Shown here one piece after another: positions 24,401-37,000 of a stretch of DNA of 64,000 bases. Source of the DNA: Heterodontus francisci (taxonomy: Eukaryota); assembly GCF_036365525.1 (NCBI RefSeq), contig NC_090399.1:46408430-46472429 (forward strand). Reading direction: 5' to 3'. The position numbers and the translations under genes were made by a program. The notes beneath the pieces are model-generated. The model saw only the letters and a list, made by a program, of their open reading frames with translations. It was not told the DNA's origin and made no database searches. How positions within the stretch are numbered: the first letter of the stretch is position 1; each line of letters starts with the position of its first letter.

Positions 24401-27400
24401 GAGTCAGTTGGGGTCTGTTCCCCAGTGTGAGTGAGTCGTGGCCAGTTCCCCAGTGTCAGTGAGTTGGGGTCTGTTCCCCAGTGTGAGTGAGTCGGGGTCT
24501 GTTCCCCAGTGTCAGTGAGTTGGGGTCTGTTCCTCAGTGTGAGTGAGTCGGGGTCTGTTCCCCAGTGTGAGTGAGTCGGATCCTGTTCCCCAGTGTGAGA
24601 GAGTCAGGGTCTGTTCCTCATTGTGAGTCAGTCGGAGTCTGTTCCCCAGTGTGAGTGAGTCGGGGTCTGTTCCCCAGTCTGAGTGAGTTGCGGTCTGTAC
24701 CCCAGTGTGAGTGAGTCGCGGTCTCTTCCCCAGTGTGAGTGAGTCGGTGCCAGTTCCAAAGTGTGAGTGAGTTGGGGCCTGTTCCCCAGTGTGAGTGAGT
24801 CGGGGTCTGTTCCCCAGTGTGAGTGAGTCGGGGTCTGTTCCCCAGTGTGAGTGAGTCGGGTCTCTTCCCCAGTGTGAGTGAGTCGGATCCTGTTCCCCAA
24901 TGTGTGAGTCGGGGTCTGTTCCCCAATGTGGGTGAGTCGGATCCAAGACTCCAGTGTGAGTGGGTTGGGGTCTGTTCCTCAGTGTGAGTGAGTCGGGGTC
25001 TGTTCCCCAATGTGAGTGAGTCGGGGTCTGTTCCCCAGTGTAAGTGAGTCGGGGCCAGTTCCCCAGTGTGAGTGAGTCGGGGTCTGTTCCCCAGTGTGAG
25101 TGAGTCGGGGCCAGTTCCCCAGTGTGAGTGAGTCGGGGTCTGTTCCCCAATGTGAGTGAGTCGGGGTCTGTTCCTCAGTGTGAGTGACTCGGATCCTGTT
25201 CCCCAATGTGAGTGAATCGGGGTCTGTTCCCCAGTCTGAGTGAGTCGGGGCCTGTTCCTCAATGTGCGTGAGTCGGATCCAAGACTCCAGTGTCAGTGAG
25301 TTGGGGTCTGTTCCCCAGTGTGAGTGAGTCAGATCCTGTTCCCCAGTGTGAGTGAGTCGGGGTCTGTTCCCCAGTGTGTGAGTCGGGGCCAGTTCCCCAG
25401 TGTGAGTGAGTCGGGGTCTGTTCCCCAGTGTGAGTGAGTCGGATCCTTGTCCCCAGTGTGAGTGAGAAGGGGTCTGTTCCCCAGTGTGTGAGTCGGGGCC
25501 TGTTCCCCAGTGTGAATGAGTTGGGGTCTGTTCCCCAGTGTGAGTGAATTGGGGCCTGTTCCCCAGTGTGAGTGAGTCGGGGCCAGTTCCCCAGTGTGAG
25601 TGAGTCGGGGTCTGTTCCCCAGTGTGAGTGAGTCGGATCCTTGTCCCCAGTGTGAGTGAGAAGGGGTCTGTTCCCCAGTGTGTGAGTCGGGGCGTGTTCC
25701 CCAGTGTGAATGAGTTGGGGTCTGTTCCCCAGTGTGAGTGAATTGGGGCCTGTTCCCCAGTGTGAGTGAGTCGGGTTCTGTTCCCCAGTGTGAGTGAGTC
25801 GGGGTCTATTCCCCAGTGTGAGTGAGTCAGATCCTGTTCCCCAGTGTGAGTGAGTCGGGGTCTGTTCCCCAGTGTGAGTGAGTCGGGGCCAGTTCCCCAG
25901 TGTGAGTGAGTCGGGGTCTGTTCCCCAGTGTGAGTGAGTCGGGGTCTGTTCCCCAGTGTGAGTGAGTCGGGGCCAGTTCCCCAGTGTGAGTGAGTCGGGG
26001 TCTGTTCCCCAATGTGAGTGAGTCGGGGTCTGTTCCCCAGTGTGAGTGAGTCGGGTCTCTTCCCCTGTGTGAGTGAGTGGGATCCTGTTCCCCAGTGTGA
26101 GTGAGTCGGGGTCTGTTCCTCAGTGTGAGTGAGTCGGATCCTTGTCCCCAGTGTGAGTGAGAAGGGGTCTGTTCCCCAGTGTGTGAGTCGGGGCCTGTTC
26201 CCCAGTGTGAATGAGTTGGGGTCTGTTCCCCAGTGTGAGTGAATTGGGGCCTGTTCCCCAATGTGAGTGAGTCGGGTTCTGTTCCCCAGTGTGCGTGAGT
26301 CGGGGTCCGTTCCCCAGTGCGAGTTAGTCGCGACCCGTTCCCCAGCGTGTGTGTGTCGGGGTCGGTTCCCCAGTGTGAGTGAGTCGGTGTCTATTCCCCA
26401 ATGTGAGTGAGTCAGATCCTTGAATCCAGTGTGAGTGAGTCCGGTTCTGTTCCCCAGAGTGATTTCGTCGGCGTCTTTTTGGTGGTGTGAGTGAGTCGGT
26501 GTCTGTTCCCCAGTGTGAGTGAGTCGGGGTCTGTTCCCCAGTGTGAGTGAGTCGGTGTCTGTTCCCCAGTGTGAGTGAGTCGGATCCAGTTCCCCAGTGT
26601 GAGTGAGTCGGGGTCTGTTCCCCAGTGTGAGTGAGTCGGGGTCTGTTCCCCAGTGTGTGTGAGTCGCGGTCTGTTCCCCAGTGTGAGTGAGTCGGGGACT
26701 GTTCACCAGTGTGAGTGAGTCGGGGTCTGTTCCCCAGTGTGAGTGAGTCGGACCCTGTTCCCCAGTTTGGGCGAGTTGGGGTCTGTTCCCCAGTGTGAGT
26801 GAGTCGGGGCCAGTTCCCCAGTGTGAGTGAGTCGGGGCCTGTTCCCCAGTGTGAGTGAGTCGGGGCCTGTTCCTCAGTGTGAGTGAGTCGGGACCAGTTC
26901 CCCAGTGTGAGTGAGTTGGGGTCTGTTCCCCAGTGTGAGTGAGTCGGACCCTGTTCCCCAGTGTGAGTGAGTTGGGGTCTGTTCCCCAGTGTGTGAGTCG
27001 GGGCCTGTTCCTCAGTGTGAGTGAGTCGGGGCCAGTTCCCCAGTGTGAGTGAGTTGGGGTCTGTTCCCCAGTGTGAGTGTGTCTGGACCAGTTCCCCAGT
27101 GTGAGTGAGTTGGGGTCTGTTCCCCAGTGTGAGTGTGTCTGGACCAGTTGCCCAGTGTGAGTGAGTTGCGGTCTGTTCCCCAGTGTGAGTGAGTCGGGGC
27201 CTGTTCCCCAGTGTGCGTGTGTCTGGACCAGTTCCCCAGTGTGAGTGAGTTGGGGTCTGTTCCCCAGTGTGAGTGAGTCGGGGTCTGTTCCCCAGTGTCA
27301 GTGAGTCGGGGTCTGTTCCCCAGTGTCAGTGAGTCGGGGTCTGTTCCCCTGTGTGAGTGAGTCGGACCCTGTTCCCCAGTTTGGGCGAGTTGGGATCTGT

Positions 27401-30400
27401 TCCCCAGTGTGAGTTAGTTGGGGTCTGTTCCCCAGTTTGAGTGAGTCGGGGTCTGTTCCCCAGTGAGAGTGAGTCGGGATTTGTTCCCCAGTGTGAGTGA
27501 GTCGGGGCCAGTTCCCCAGTGTGAGTGAGTCGGGGCCTGTTCCCCAGTGTGAGTGAGTCGGGGCCTGTTCCTCAGTGTGAGTGAGTCGGGACCAGTTCCC
27601 CAGTGTGAGTGAGTTGGGGTCTGTTCCCCAGTGTGAGTGAGTCGGGGTCTGTTCCCCAGTGTGAGTGAGTCGGGGCCTGTTCCCCAGTGTGCGTGTGTCT
27701 GGACCAGTTCCCCAGTGTGAGTGAGTTGGGGTCTGTTCCCCAGTGTGAGTGAGTCGGGGTCTGTTCCCCAGTGTCAGTGAGTCGGGGTCTGTTCCCCTGT
27801 GTGAGTGAGTTGGGGTCTGTTCCCCAGTGTGTGTGAGTCGGGGTCTGTTCCCCAGTGTCAGTGAGTTGGGGTCTGTTCCCCAGTGTGTGTGAGTCGGGGT
27901 CTGTTCCCCAGTGTCAGTGAGTTGGGGTCTGTTCCCCAGTGTGAGTGAGTTGGGGTCTGTTCCCCAGTGTGAGTGAGTCATGGCCAGTTCCCCAGTGTCA
28001 GTGAGTTGGGGTCTGTTCCCCAGTGTGAGTGAGTTGGGGTCTGTTCCCCAGTGTGAGTGAGTCGGGGTCTGTTCCCCAGTGTCAGTGAGTTGGGGCCTGT
28101 TCCTCAGTGTGAGTGAGTCGGGGTCTGTTCCCCAGTGTGAGTGAGTCGGATCCTGTTCCCCAGTGTGAGAGAGTCAGGGTCTGTTCCTCATTGTGAGTGA
28201 GTCGGGGTCTGTTCCCCAGTGTGAGTGAGTCGGGGTCTGTTCCCCAGTGTGAGTGAGTCGGGGCCTGTTCCCCAGTGTGCGTGTGTCTGGACCAGTTCCC
28301 CAGTGTGAGTGAGTTGGGGTCTGTTCCCCAGTGTGAGTGAGTCGGGGTCTGTTCCCCAGTGTCAGTGAGTCGGGGCCTGTTCCTCAGTGTGAGTGAGTCG
28401 GGACCAGTTCCCCAGTGTGAGTGAGTTGGGGTCTGTTCCCCAGTGTGAGTGAGTTGGGGTCTGTTCCCCAGTGTGAGTGAGTCGGGGTCTGTTCCCCAGT
28501 GTGAGTGAGTCGGGGCCTGTTCCCCAGTGTGCGTGTGTCTGGACCAGTTCCCCAGTGTGAGTGAGTTGGGGTCTGTTCCCCAGTGTGAGTGAGTCGGGGT
28601 CTGTTCCCCAGTGTCAGTGAGTCGGGGTCTGTTCCCCTGTGTGAGTGAGTTGGGGTCTGTTCCCCAGTGTGTGTGAGTCGGGGTCTGTTCCCCAGTGTCA
28701 GTGAGTTGGGGTCTGTTCCCCAGTGTGTGTGAGTCGGGGTCTGTTCCCCAGTGTCAGTGAGTTGGGGTCTGTTCCCCAGTGTGAGTGAGTTGGGGTCTGT
28801 TCCCCAGTGTGAGTGAGTCATGGCCAGTTCCCCAGTGTCAGTGAGTTGGGGTCTGTTCCCCAGTGTGAGTGAGTTGGGGTCTGTTCCCCAGTGTGAGTGA
28901 GTCGGGGTCTGTTCCCCAGTGTCAGTGAGTTGGGGCCTGTTCCTCAGTGTGAGTGAGTCGGGGTCTGTTCCCCAGTGTGAGTGAGTCGGATCCTGTTCCC
29001 CAGTGTGAGAGAGTCAGGGTCTGTTCCTCATTGTGAGTGAGTCGGGGTCTGTTCCCCAGTGTGAGTGAATCGGGGTCTGTTGTTCAGTGTGAGTGAGTCG
29101 GGGTCTGTTCCCCAGTGTGTGAGTCGGGGCCTGTTCCCCAGTGTGAGTGAGTTGGGGTCTGTTCCCCAGTGTGAGTGAGTCGGATCCTGTTCCCCAGTGT
29201 GAGTGAGTCGGGGTCTGTTCCCCAGTGTGAGTGAGTCGGGGTCTGTTCCCCAGTGTGTGTGAGTCGCGGTCTGTTCCCCAGTGTGAGTGACTCGGGGTCT
29301 GTTCCCCAGTGTGAGTCAGTTGGGGTCTGTTCCCCAGTGTGAGTGAGTCGTGGCCAGTTCCCCAGTGTCAGTGAGTTGGGGTCTGTTCCCCAGTGTGAGT
29401 GAGTCGGGGTCTGTTCCCCAGTGTCAGTGAGTTGGGGTCTGTTCCTCAGTGTGAGTGAGTCGGGGTCTGTTCCCCAGTGTGAGTTAGTCGGATCCTGTTC
29501 CCCAGTGTGAGAGAGTCAGGGTCTGTTCCTCATTGTGAGTCAGTCGGAGTCTGTTCCCCAGTGTGAGTGAGTCGGGTTCTGTTCCCCAGTCTGAGTGAGT
29601 TGCGGTCTGTACCCCAGTGTGAGTGAGTCGCGGTCTCTTCCCCAGTGTGAGTGAGTCGGGGCCAGTTCCAAAGTGTGAGTGATTTGGGGCCTGTTCCCCA
29701 GTGTGAGTGAGTCGGGGTCTGTTCCCCAGTGTGAGTGAGTCGGGGTCTGTTACCCAGTGTGAGTGAGTCGGGTCTCTTCCCCAGTGTGAGTGAGTGGGAT
29801 CCTGTTCCCCAGTGTGAGTGAGTCGGATCCTGTTCCCCAATGTGTGAGTCGGGGTCTGTTCCCCAATGTGGGTGAGTCGGATCCAAGACTCCAGTGTGAG
29901 TGGGTTGGGGTCTGTTCCTCAGTGTGAGTGAGTCGGGGTCTGTTCCCCAATGTGAGTGAGTCGGGGTCTGTTCCCCAGTGTAAGTGAGTCGGGGCCAGTT
30001 CCCCAGTGTGAGTGAGTCGGGGCCAGTTCCCCAGTGTGAGTGAGTCGGGGTCTGTTCCCCAATGTGAGTGAGTCGGGGTCTGTTCCTCAGTGTGAGTGAC
30101 TCGGATCCTGTTCCCCAATGTGAGTGAATCGGGGTCTGTTCCCCAGTGTGAGTGAGTCGGGGCCTGTTCCTCAATGTGCGTGAGTCGGATCCAAGACTCC
30201 AGTGTCAGTGAGTTGGGGTCTGTTCCCCAGTGTGAGTGAGTCGGGGCCAGTTCCCCAGTGTGAGTGAGTCGGGGTCTGTTCCCCAGTGTGAGTGACTCGG
30301 GGTCTGTTCCCCAGTGTGAGTGTGTCGGGGTCTATTCCCCAGTGTGAGTGAGTCAGATCCTGTTCCCCAGTGTGAGTGAGTCGGGGTCTGTTCCCCAGTG

Positions 30401-33400
30401 TGAGTGAGTCGGGGCCAGTTCCCCAGTGTGAGTGAGTCGGGGTCTGTTCCCCAGTGTGAGTGAGTCGGGGTCTGTTCCCCAGTGTGAGTGAGTCGGGGCC
30501 AGTTCCCCAGTGTGAGTGAGTCGGGGTCTGTTCCCCAATGTGAGTGAGTCGGGGTCTGTTCCCCAGTGTGAGTGAGTCGGGTTTCTTCCCCTGTGTGAGT
30601 GAGTGGGATCCTGTTCCCCAGTGTGAGTGAGTCGGGGTCTGTTCCTCAGTGTGAGTGAGTCGGATCCTTGTCCCCAGTGTGAGTGAGAAGGGGTCTGTTC
30701 CCCAGTGTGTGAGTCGGGGCCTGTTCCCCAGTGTGAATGAGTTGGGGTCTGTTCCCCAGTGTGAGTGAATTGGGGCCTGTTCCCCAGTGTGAGTGAGTCG
30801 GGTTCTGTTCCCCAGTGTGCGTGACTCGGGGTCCGTTCCCCAGTGCGAGTTAGTCGCGACCCGTTCCCCAGCGTGTGTGTGTCGGGGTCGGTTCCCCAGT
30901 GTGAGTGAGTCGGTGTCTATTCCCCAATGTGAGTGAGTCAGATCCTTGAATCCAGTGTGAGTGAGTCCGGTTCTGTTCCCCAGAGTGATTTCGTCGGCGT
31001 CTTTTTGGTGGTGTGAGTGAGTCGGTGTCTGTTCCCCAGTGTGAGTGAGTCGGGGTCTGTTCCCCAGTGTGAGTGAGTCGGTGTCTGTTCCCCAGTGTGA
31101 GTGAGTCGGATCCAGTTCCCCAGTGTGAGTGAGTCGGGGTCTGTTCCCCAGTGTGAGTGAGTCGGGGTCTGTTCCCCAGTGTGTGTGAGTCGCGGTCTGT
31201 TCCCCAGTGTGAGTGAGTCGGGGTCTGTTCACCAGTGTGAGTGAGTCGGGGTCTGTTCCCCAGTGTGAGTGAGTCGGACCCTGTTCCCCAGTTTGGGCGA
31301 GTTGGGGTCTGTTCCCCAGTGTGAGTGAGTCGGGGCCAGTTCCCCAGTGTGAGTGAGTCGGGGCCTGTTCCCCAGTGTGAGTGAGTCGGGGCCTGTTCCT
31401 CAGTGTGAGTGAGTCGGGACCAGTTCCCCAGTGTGAGTGAGTTGGGGTCTGTTCCCCAGTGTGAGTGAGTCGGACCCTGTTCCCCATTGTGAGTGAGTTG
31501 GGGTCTGTTCCCCAGTGTGAGTGAATCGGGGTCTGTTGTTCAGTGTGAGTGAGTCGGGGTCTGTTCCCCAGTGTGTGAGTCGGGGCCTGTTCCCCAGTGT
31601 GAGTGAGTTGGGGTCTGTTCCCCAGTGTGAGTGAGTCGGATCCTGTTCCCCAGTGTGAGTGAGTCGGGGTCTGTTCCCCAGTGTGAGTGAGTCGGATCCT
31701 GTTCCCCAGTGTCAGTGAGTTGGGGTCTGTTCCCCAGTGTGAGTGAGTTGGGGTCTGTTCCCCAGTGTGAGTGAGTTGGGGTCTCTTCCCCAGTGTGAGT
31801 GAGTCGGGGTCTGTTCCCCAGTGTCAGTGAGTCGGGGTCTGTTCCCCAGTGTCAGTGAGTCGGGGTCTGTTCCCCTGTGTGAGTGAGTCGGACCCTGTTC
31901 CCCAGTTTGGGCAAGTTGGGATCTGTTCCCCAGTGTGAGTGAGTTGGGGTCTGTTCCCCAGTGTGAGTGAGTCGGGGTCTGTTCCCCAGTGAGAGTGAGT
32001 CGGGATTTGTTCCCCAGTGTGAGTGAGTCGGGGCCAGTTCCCCAGTGTGAGTGAGTCGGGGCCTGTTCCCCAGTGTGAGTGAGTCGGGGCCTGTTCCTCA
32101 GTGTGAGTGAGTCGGGACCAGTTCCCCAGTGTGAGTGAGTTGGGGTCTGTTCCCCAGTGTGAGTGAGTCGGGGCCTGTTCCTCAGTATGAGTGAGTCGGG
32201 GTCTGTTCCCCAGTGTGCGTGTGTCTGGACCAGTTCCCCAGTGTGAGTGAGTTGGGGTCTGTTCCCCAGTGTGAGTGAGTTGGGGTCTGTTCCCCAGTGT
32301 GTGTGAGTCGGGGTCTGTTCCCCTATGTCAGTGAGTTGGGGTCTGTTCCCCAGTGTGAGTGAGTTGGGGTCTGTTCCCCAGTGTGAGTGAGTCATGGCCA
32401 GTTCCCCAGTGTCAGTGAGTTGGGGTCTGTTCCCCAGTGTGAGTGAGTTGGGGTCTGTTCCCCAGTGTGAGTGAGTCGGGGTCTGTTCCCCAGTGTCAGT
32501 GAGTTGGGGCCTGTTCCTCAGTGTGAGTGAGTCGGGGTCTGTTCCCCAGTGTGAGTGAGTCGGATCCTGTTCCCCAGTGTGAGAGAGTCAGGGTCTGTTC
32601 CTCATTGTGAGTGAGTCGGGGTCTGTTCCCCAGTGTGAGTGAATCGGGGTCTGTTGTTCAGTGTGAGTGAGTCGGGGTCTGTTCCCCAGTGTGTGAGTCG
32701 GGGCCTGTTCCCCAGTGTGAGTGAGTTGGGGTCTGTTCCCCAGTGTGAGTGAGTCGGGGTCTGTTCACCAGTGTGAGTGAGTCGGGGTCTGTTCCCCAGT
32801 GTGAGTGAGTCGGACCCTGTTCCCCAGTTTGGGCGAGTTGGGGTCTGTTCCCCAGTGTGAGTGAGTCGGGGTCCGTTCCCCAGTGCGAGTTAGTCGCGAC
32901 CCGTTCCCCAGCGTGTGTGTGTCGGGGTCGGTTCCCCAGTGTGAGTGAGTCGGTGTCTATTCCCCAATGTGAGTGAGTCAGATCCTTGAATCCAGTGTGA
33001 GTGAGTCCGGTTCTGTTCCCCAGAGTGATTTCGTCGGCGTCTTTTTGGTGGTGTGAGTGAGTCGGTGTCTGTTCCCCAGTGTGTGAGTCGGGGTCTGTTC
33101 CCCAGTGGGAGTGAGTCGGTGTCTGTTCCTCATTGTGAGTGAGTCGGGGTCTGTTCCCCAGTGTGAGTGAATCGGGGTCTGTTGTTCAGTGTGAGTGAGT
33201 CGGGGTCTGTTCCCCAGTGTGTGAGTCGGGGCCTGTTCCCCAGTGTGAGTGAGTCGGGGTCTGTTCCCCAGTTTGAGTGAGTCGGGGCCAGTTCCCCAGT
33301 GAGAGTGAGTCGGGGTCTGTTCCCCAATGTGAGTGAGTCGGGGTCTGTTCCTCAGTGTGAGTGACTCGGATCCTGTTCCCCAATGTGAGTGAATCGGGGT

Positions 33401-34079
33401 CTGTTCCCCAGTGTGAGTGAGTCGGGGCCTGTTCCTCAATGTGCGTGAGTCGGATCCAAGACTCCAGTGTCAGTGAGTTGGGGTCTGTTCCCCAGTGTGA
33501 GTGAGTCGGGGCCAGTTCCCCAGTGTGAGTGAGTCGGGGTCTGTTCCCCAGTGTGAGTGACTCGGGGTCTGTTCCCCAGTGTGAGTGTGTCGGGGTCTAT
33601 TCCCCAGTGTGAGTGAGTCAGATCCTGTTCCCCAGTGTGAGTGAGTCGGGGTCTGTTCCCCAGTGTGAGTGAGTCGGGGCCAGTTCCCCAGTGTGAGTGA
33701 GTCGGGGTCTGTTCCCCAGTGTGAGTGAGTCGGGGTCTGTTCCCCAGTGTGAGTGAGTCGGGGCCAGTTCACCAGTGTGAGTGAGTCGGGGTCTGTTCCC
33801 CAATGTGAGTGAGTCGGGGTCTGTTCCCCAGTGTGAGTGAGTCGGGTCTCTTCCCCAGTGTGAGTGAGTGGGATCCTGTTCCCCAGTGTGAGTGAGTCGG
33901 GGTCTGTTCCTCAGTGTGAGTGAGTCGGATCCTTGTCCCCAGTGTGAGTGAGTCGGGGTCTGTTCCCCAGTGTGTGAGTCGGGGCCTGTTCCCCAGTGTG
34001 AATGAGTTGGGGTCTGTTCCCCAGTGTGAGTGAATTGGGGCCTGTTCCCCAGTGTGAGTGAGTCGGGTTCTGTTCCCCA

Positions 34080-37000
34080 GTGTGCGTGAGTCGGGGTCCG
34101 TTCCCCAGTGCGAGTTAGTCGCGACCCGTTCCCCAGCGTGTGTGTGTCGGGGTCGGTTCCCCAGTGTGAGTGAGTCGGTGTCTATTCCCCAATGTGAGTG
34201 AGTCAGATCCTTGAATCCAGTGTGAGTGAGTCCGGTTCTGTTCCCCAGAGTGATTTCGTCGGCGTCTTTTTGGTGGTGTGAGTGAGTCGGTGTCTGTTCC
34301 CCAGTGTGAGTGAGTCGGGGTCTGTTCCCCAGTGTGAGTGAGTCGGTGTCTGTTCCCCAGTGTGAGTGAGTCGGATCCTGTTCCCCAGTGTGAGAGAGTC
34401 AGGGTCTGTTCCTCATTGTGAGTGAGTCGGGGTCTGTTCCCCAGTGTGAGTGAATCGGGGTCTGTTGTTCAGTGTGAGTGAGTCGGGGACTGTTCCCCAG
34501 TGTGTGAGTCGGGGCCTGTTCCCCAGTGTGAGTGAGTTGGGGTCTGTTCCCCAGTGTGAGTGAGTCGGGGTCTGTTCACCAGTGTGAGTGAGTCGGGGTC
34601 TGTTTCCCAGTGTGAGTGAGTCGGACCCTGTTCCCCAGTTTGGGCGAGTTGGGGTCTGTTCCCCAGTGTGAGTGAGTCGGGGTCCGTTCCCCAGTGCGAG
34701 TTAGTCGCGACCCGTTCCCCAGCGTGTGTGTGTCGGGGTCGGTTCCCCAGTGTGAGTGAGTCGGTGTCTATTCCCCAATGTGAGTGAGTCAGATCCTTGA
34801 ATCCAGTGTGAGTGAGTCCGGTTCTGTTCCCCAGAGTGATTTCGTCGGCGTCTTTTTGGTGGTGTGAGTGAGTCGGTGTCTGTTCCCCAGTGTGAGTGAG
34901 TCGGATCCTGTTCCCCAGTGTGAGAGAGTCAGGGTCTGTTCCTCATTGTGAGTGAGTCGGGGTCTGTTCCCCAGTGTGAGTGAATCGGGGTCTGTTGTTC
35001 AGTGTGAGTGAGTCGGGGTCTGTTCCCCAGTGTGTGAGTCGGGGCCTGTTCCCCAGTGTGAGTGAGTTGGGGTCTGTTCCCCAGTGTGAGTGAGTCGGGG
35101 TCTGTTCACCAGTGTGAGTGAGTCGGGGTCTGTTCCCCAGTGTGAGTGAGTCGGACCCTGTTCCCCAGTTTGGGCGAGTTGGGGTCTGTTCCCCAGTGTG
35201 AGTGAGTCGGGGTCCGTTCCCCAGTGCGAGTTAGTCGCGACCCGTTCCCCAGCGTGTGTGTGTCGGGGTCGGTTCCCCAGTGTGAGTGAGTCGGTGTCTA
35301 TTCCCCAATGTGAGTGAGTCAGATCCTTGAATCCAGTGTGAGTGAGTCCGGTTCTGTTCCCCAGAGTGATTTCGTCGGCGTCTTTTTGGTGGTGTGAGTG
35401 AGTCGGTGTCTGTTCCCCAGTGTGAGTGAGTCGGATCCTGTTCCCCAGTGTGAGAGAGTCAGGGTCTGTTCCTCATTGTGAGTGAGTCGGGGTCTGTTCC
35501 CCAGTGTGAGTGAATCGGGGTCTGTTGTTCAGTGTGAGTGAGTCGGGGTCTGTTCCCCAGTGTGTGAGTCGGGGCCTGTTCCCCAGTGTGAGTGAGTTGG
35601 GGTCTGTTCCCCAGTGTGAGTGAGTCGGGGTCTGTTCACCAGTGTGAGTGAGTCGGGGTCTGTTCCCCAGTGTGAGTGAGTCGGACCCTGTTCCCCAGTT
35701 TGGGCGAGTTGGGGTCTGTTCCCCAGTGTGAGTGAGTCGGGGTCCGTTCCCCAGTGCGAGTTAGTCGCGACCCGTTCCCCAGCGTGTGTGTGTCGGGGTC
35801 GGTTCCCCAGTGTGAGTGAGTCGGTGTCTATTCCCCAATGTGAGTGAGTCAGATCCTTGAATCCAGTGTGAGTGAGTCCGGTTCTGTTCCCCAGAGTGAT
35901 TTCGTCGGCGTCTTTTTGGTGGTGTGAGTGAGTCGGTGTCTGTTCCCCAGTGTGAGTGAGTCGGATCCTGTTCCCCAGTGTGAGAGAGTCAGGGTCTGTT
36001 CCTCATTGTGAGTGAGTCGGGGTCTGTTCCCCAGTGTGAGTGAATCGGGGTCTGTTGTTCAGTGTGAGTGAGTCGGGGTCTGTTCCCCAGTGTGTGAGTC
36101 GGGGCCTGTTCCCCAGTGTGAGTGAGTTGGGGTCTGTTCCCCAGTGTGAGTGAGTCGGGGTCTGTTCACCAGTGTGAGTGAGTCGGGGTCTGTTCCCCAG
36201 TGTGAGTGAGTCGGACCCTGTTCCCCAGTTTGGGCGAGTTGGGGTCTGTTCCCCAGTGTGAGTGAGTCGGGGTCCGTTCCCCAGTGCGAGTTAGTCGCGA
36301 CCCGTTCCCCAGCGTGTGTGTGTCGGGGTCGGTTCCCCAGTGTGAGTGAGTCGGTGTCTATTCCCCAATGTGAGTGAGTCAGATCCTTGAATCCAGTGTG
36401 AGTGAGTCCGGTTCTGTTCCCCAGAGTGATTTCGTCGGCGTCTTTTTGGTGGTGTGAGTGAGTCGGTGTCTGTTCCCCAGTGTGAGTGAGTCGGATCCTG
36501 TTCCCCAGTGTGAGAGAGTCAGGGTCTGTTCCTCATTGTGAGTGAGTCGGGGTCTGTTCCCCAGTGTGAGTGAATCGGGGTCTGTTGTTCAGTGTGAGTG
36601 AGTCGGGGTCTGTTCCCCAGTGTGTGAGTCGGGGCCTGTTCCCCAGTGTGAGTGAGTTGGGGTCTGTTCCCCAGTGTGAGTGAGTCGGGGTCTGTTCACC
36701 AGTGTGAGTGAGTCGGGGTCTGTTCCCCAGTGTGAGTGAGTCGGACCCTGTTCCCCAGTTTGGGCGAGTTGGGGTCTGTTCCCCAGTGTGAGTGAGTCGG
36801 GGTCCGTTCCCCAGTGCGAGTTAGTCGCGACCCGTTCCCCAGCGTGTGTGTGTCGGGGTCGGCTCCCCAGTGTGAGTGAGTCGGTGTCTATTCCCCAATG
36901 TGAGTGAGTCAGATCCTTGAATCCAGTGTGAGTGAGTCCGGTTCTGTTCCCCAGAGTGATTTCGTCGGCGTCTTTTTGGTGGTGTGAGTGAGTCGGTGTC

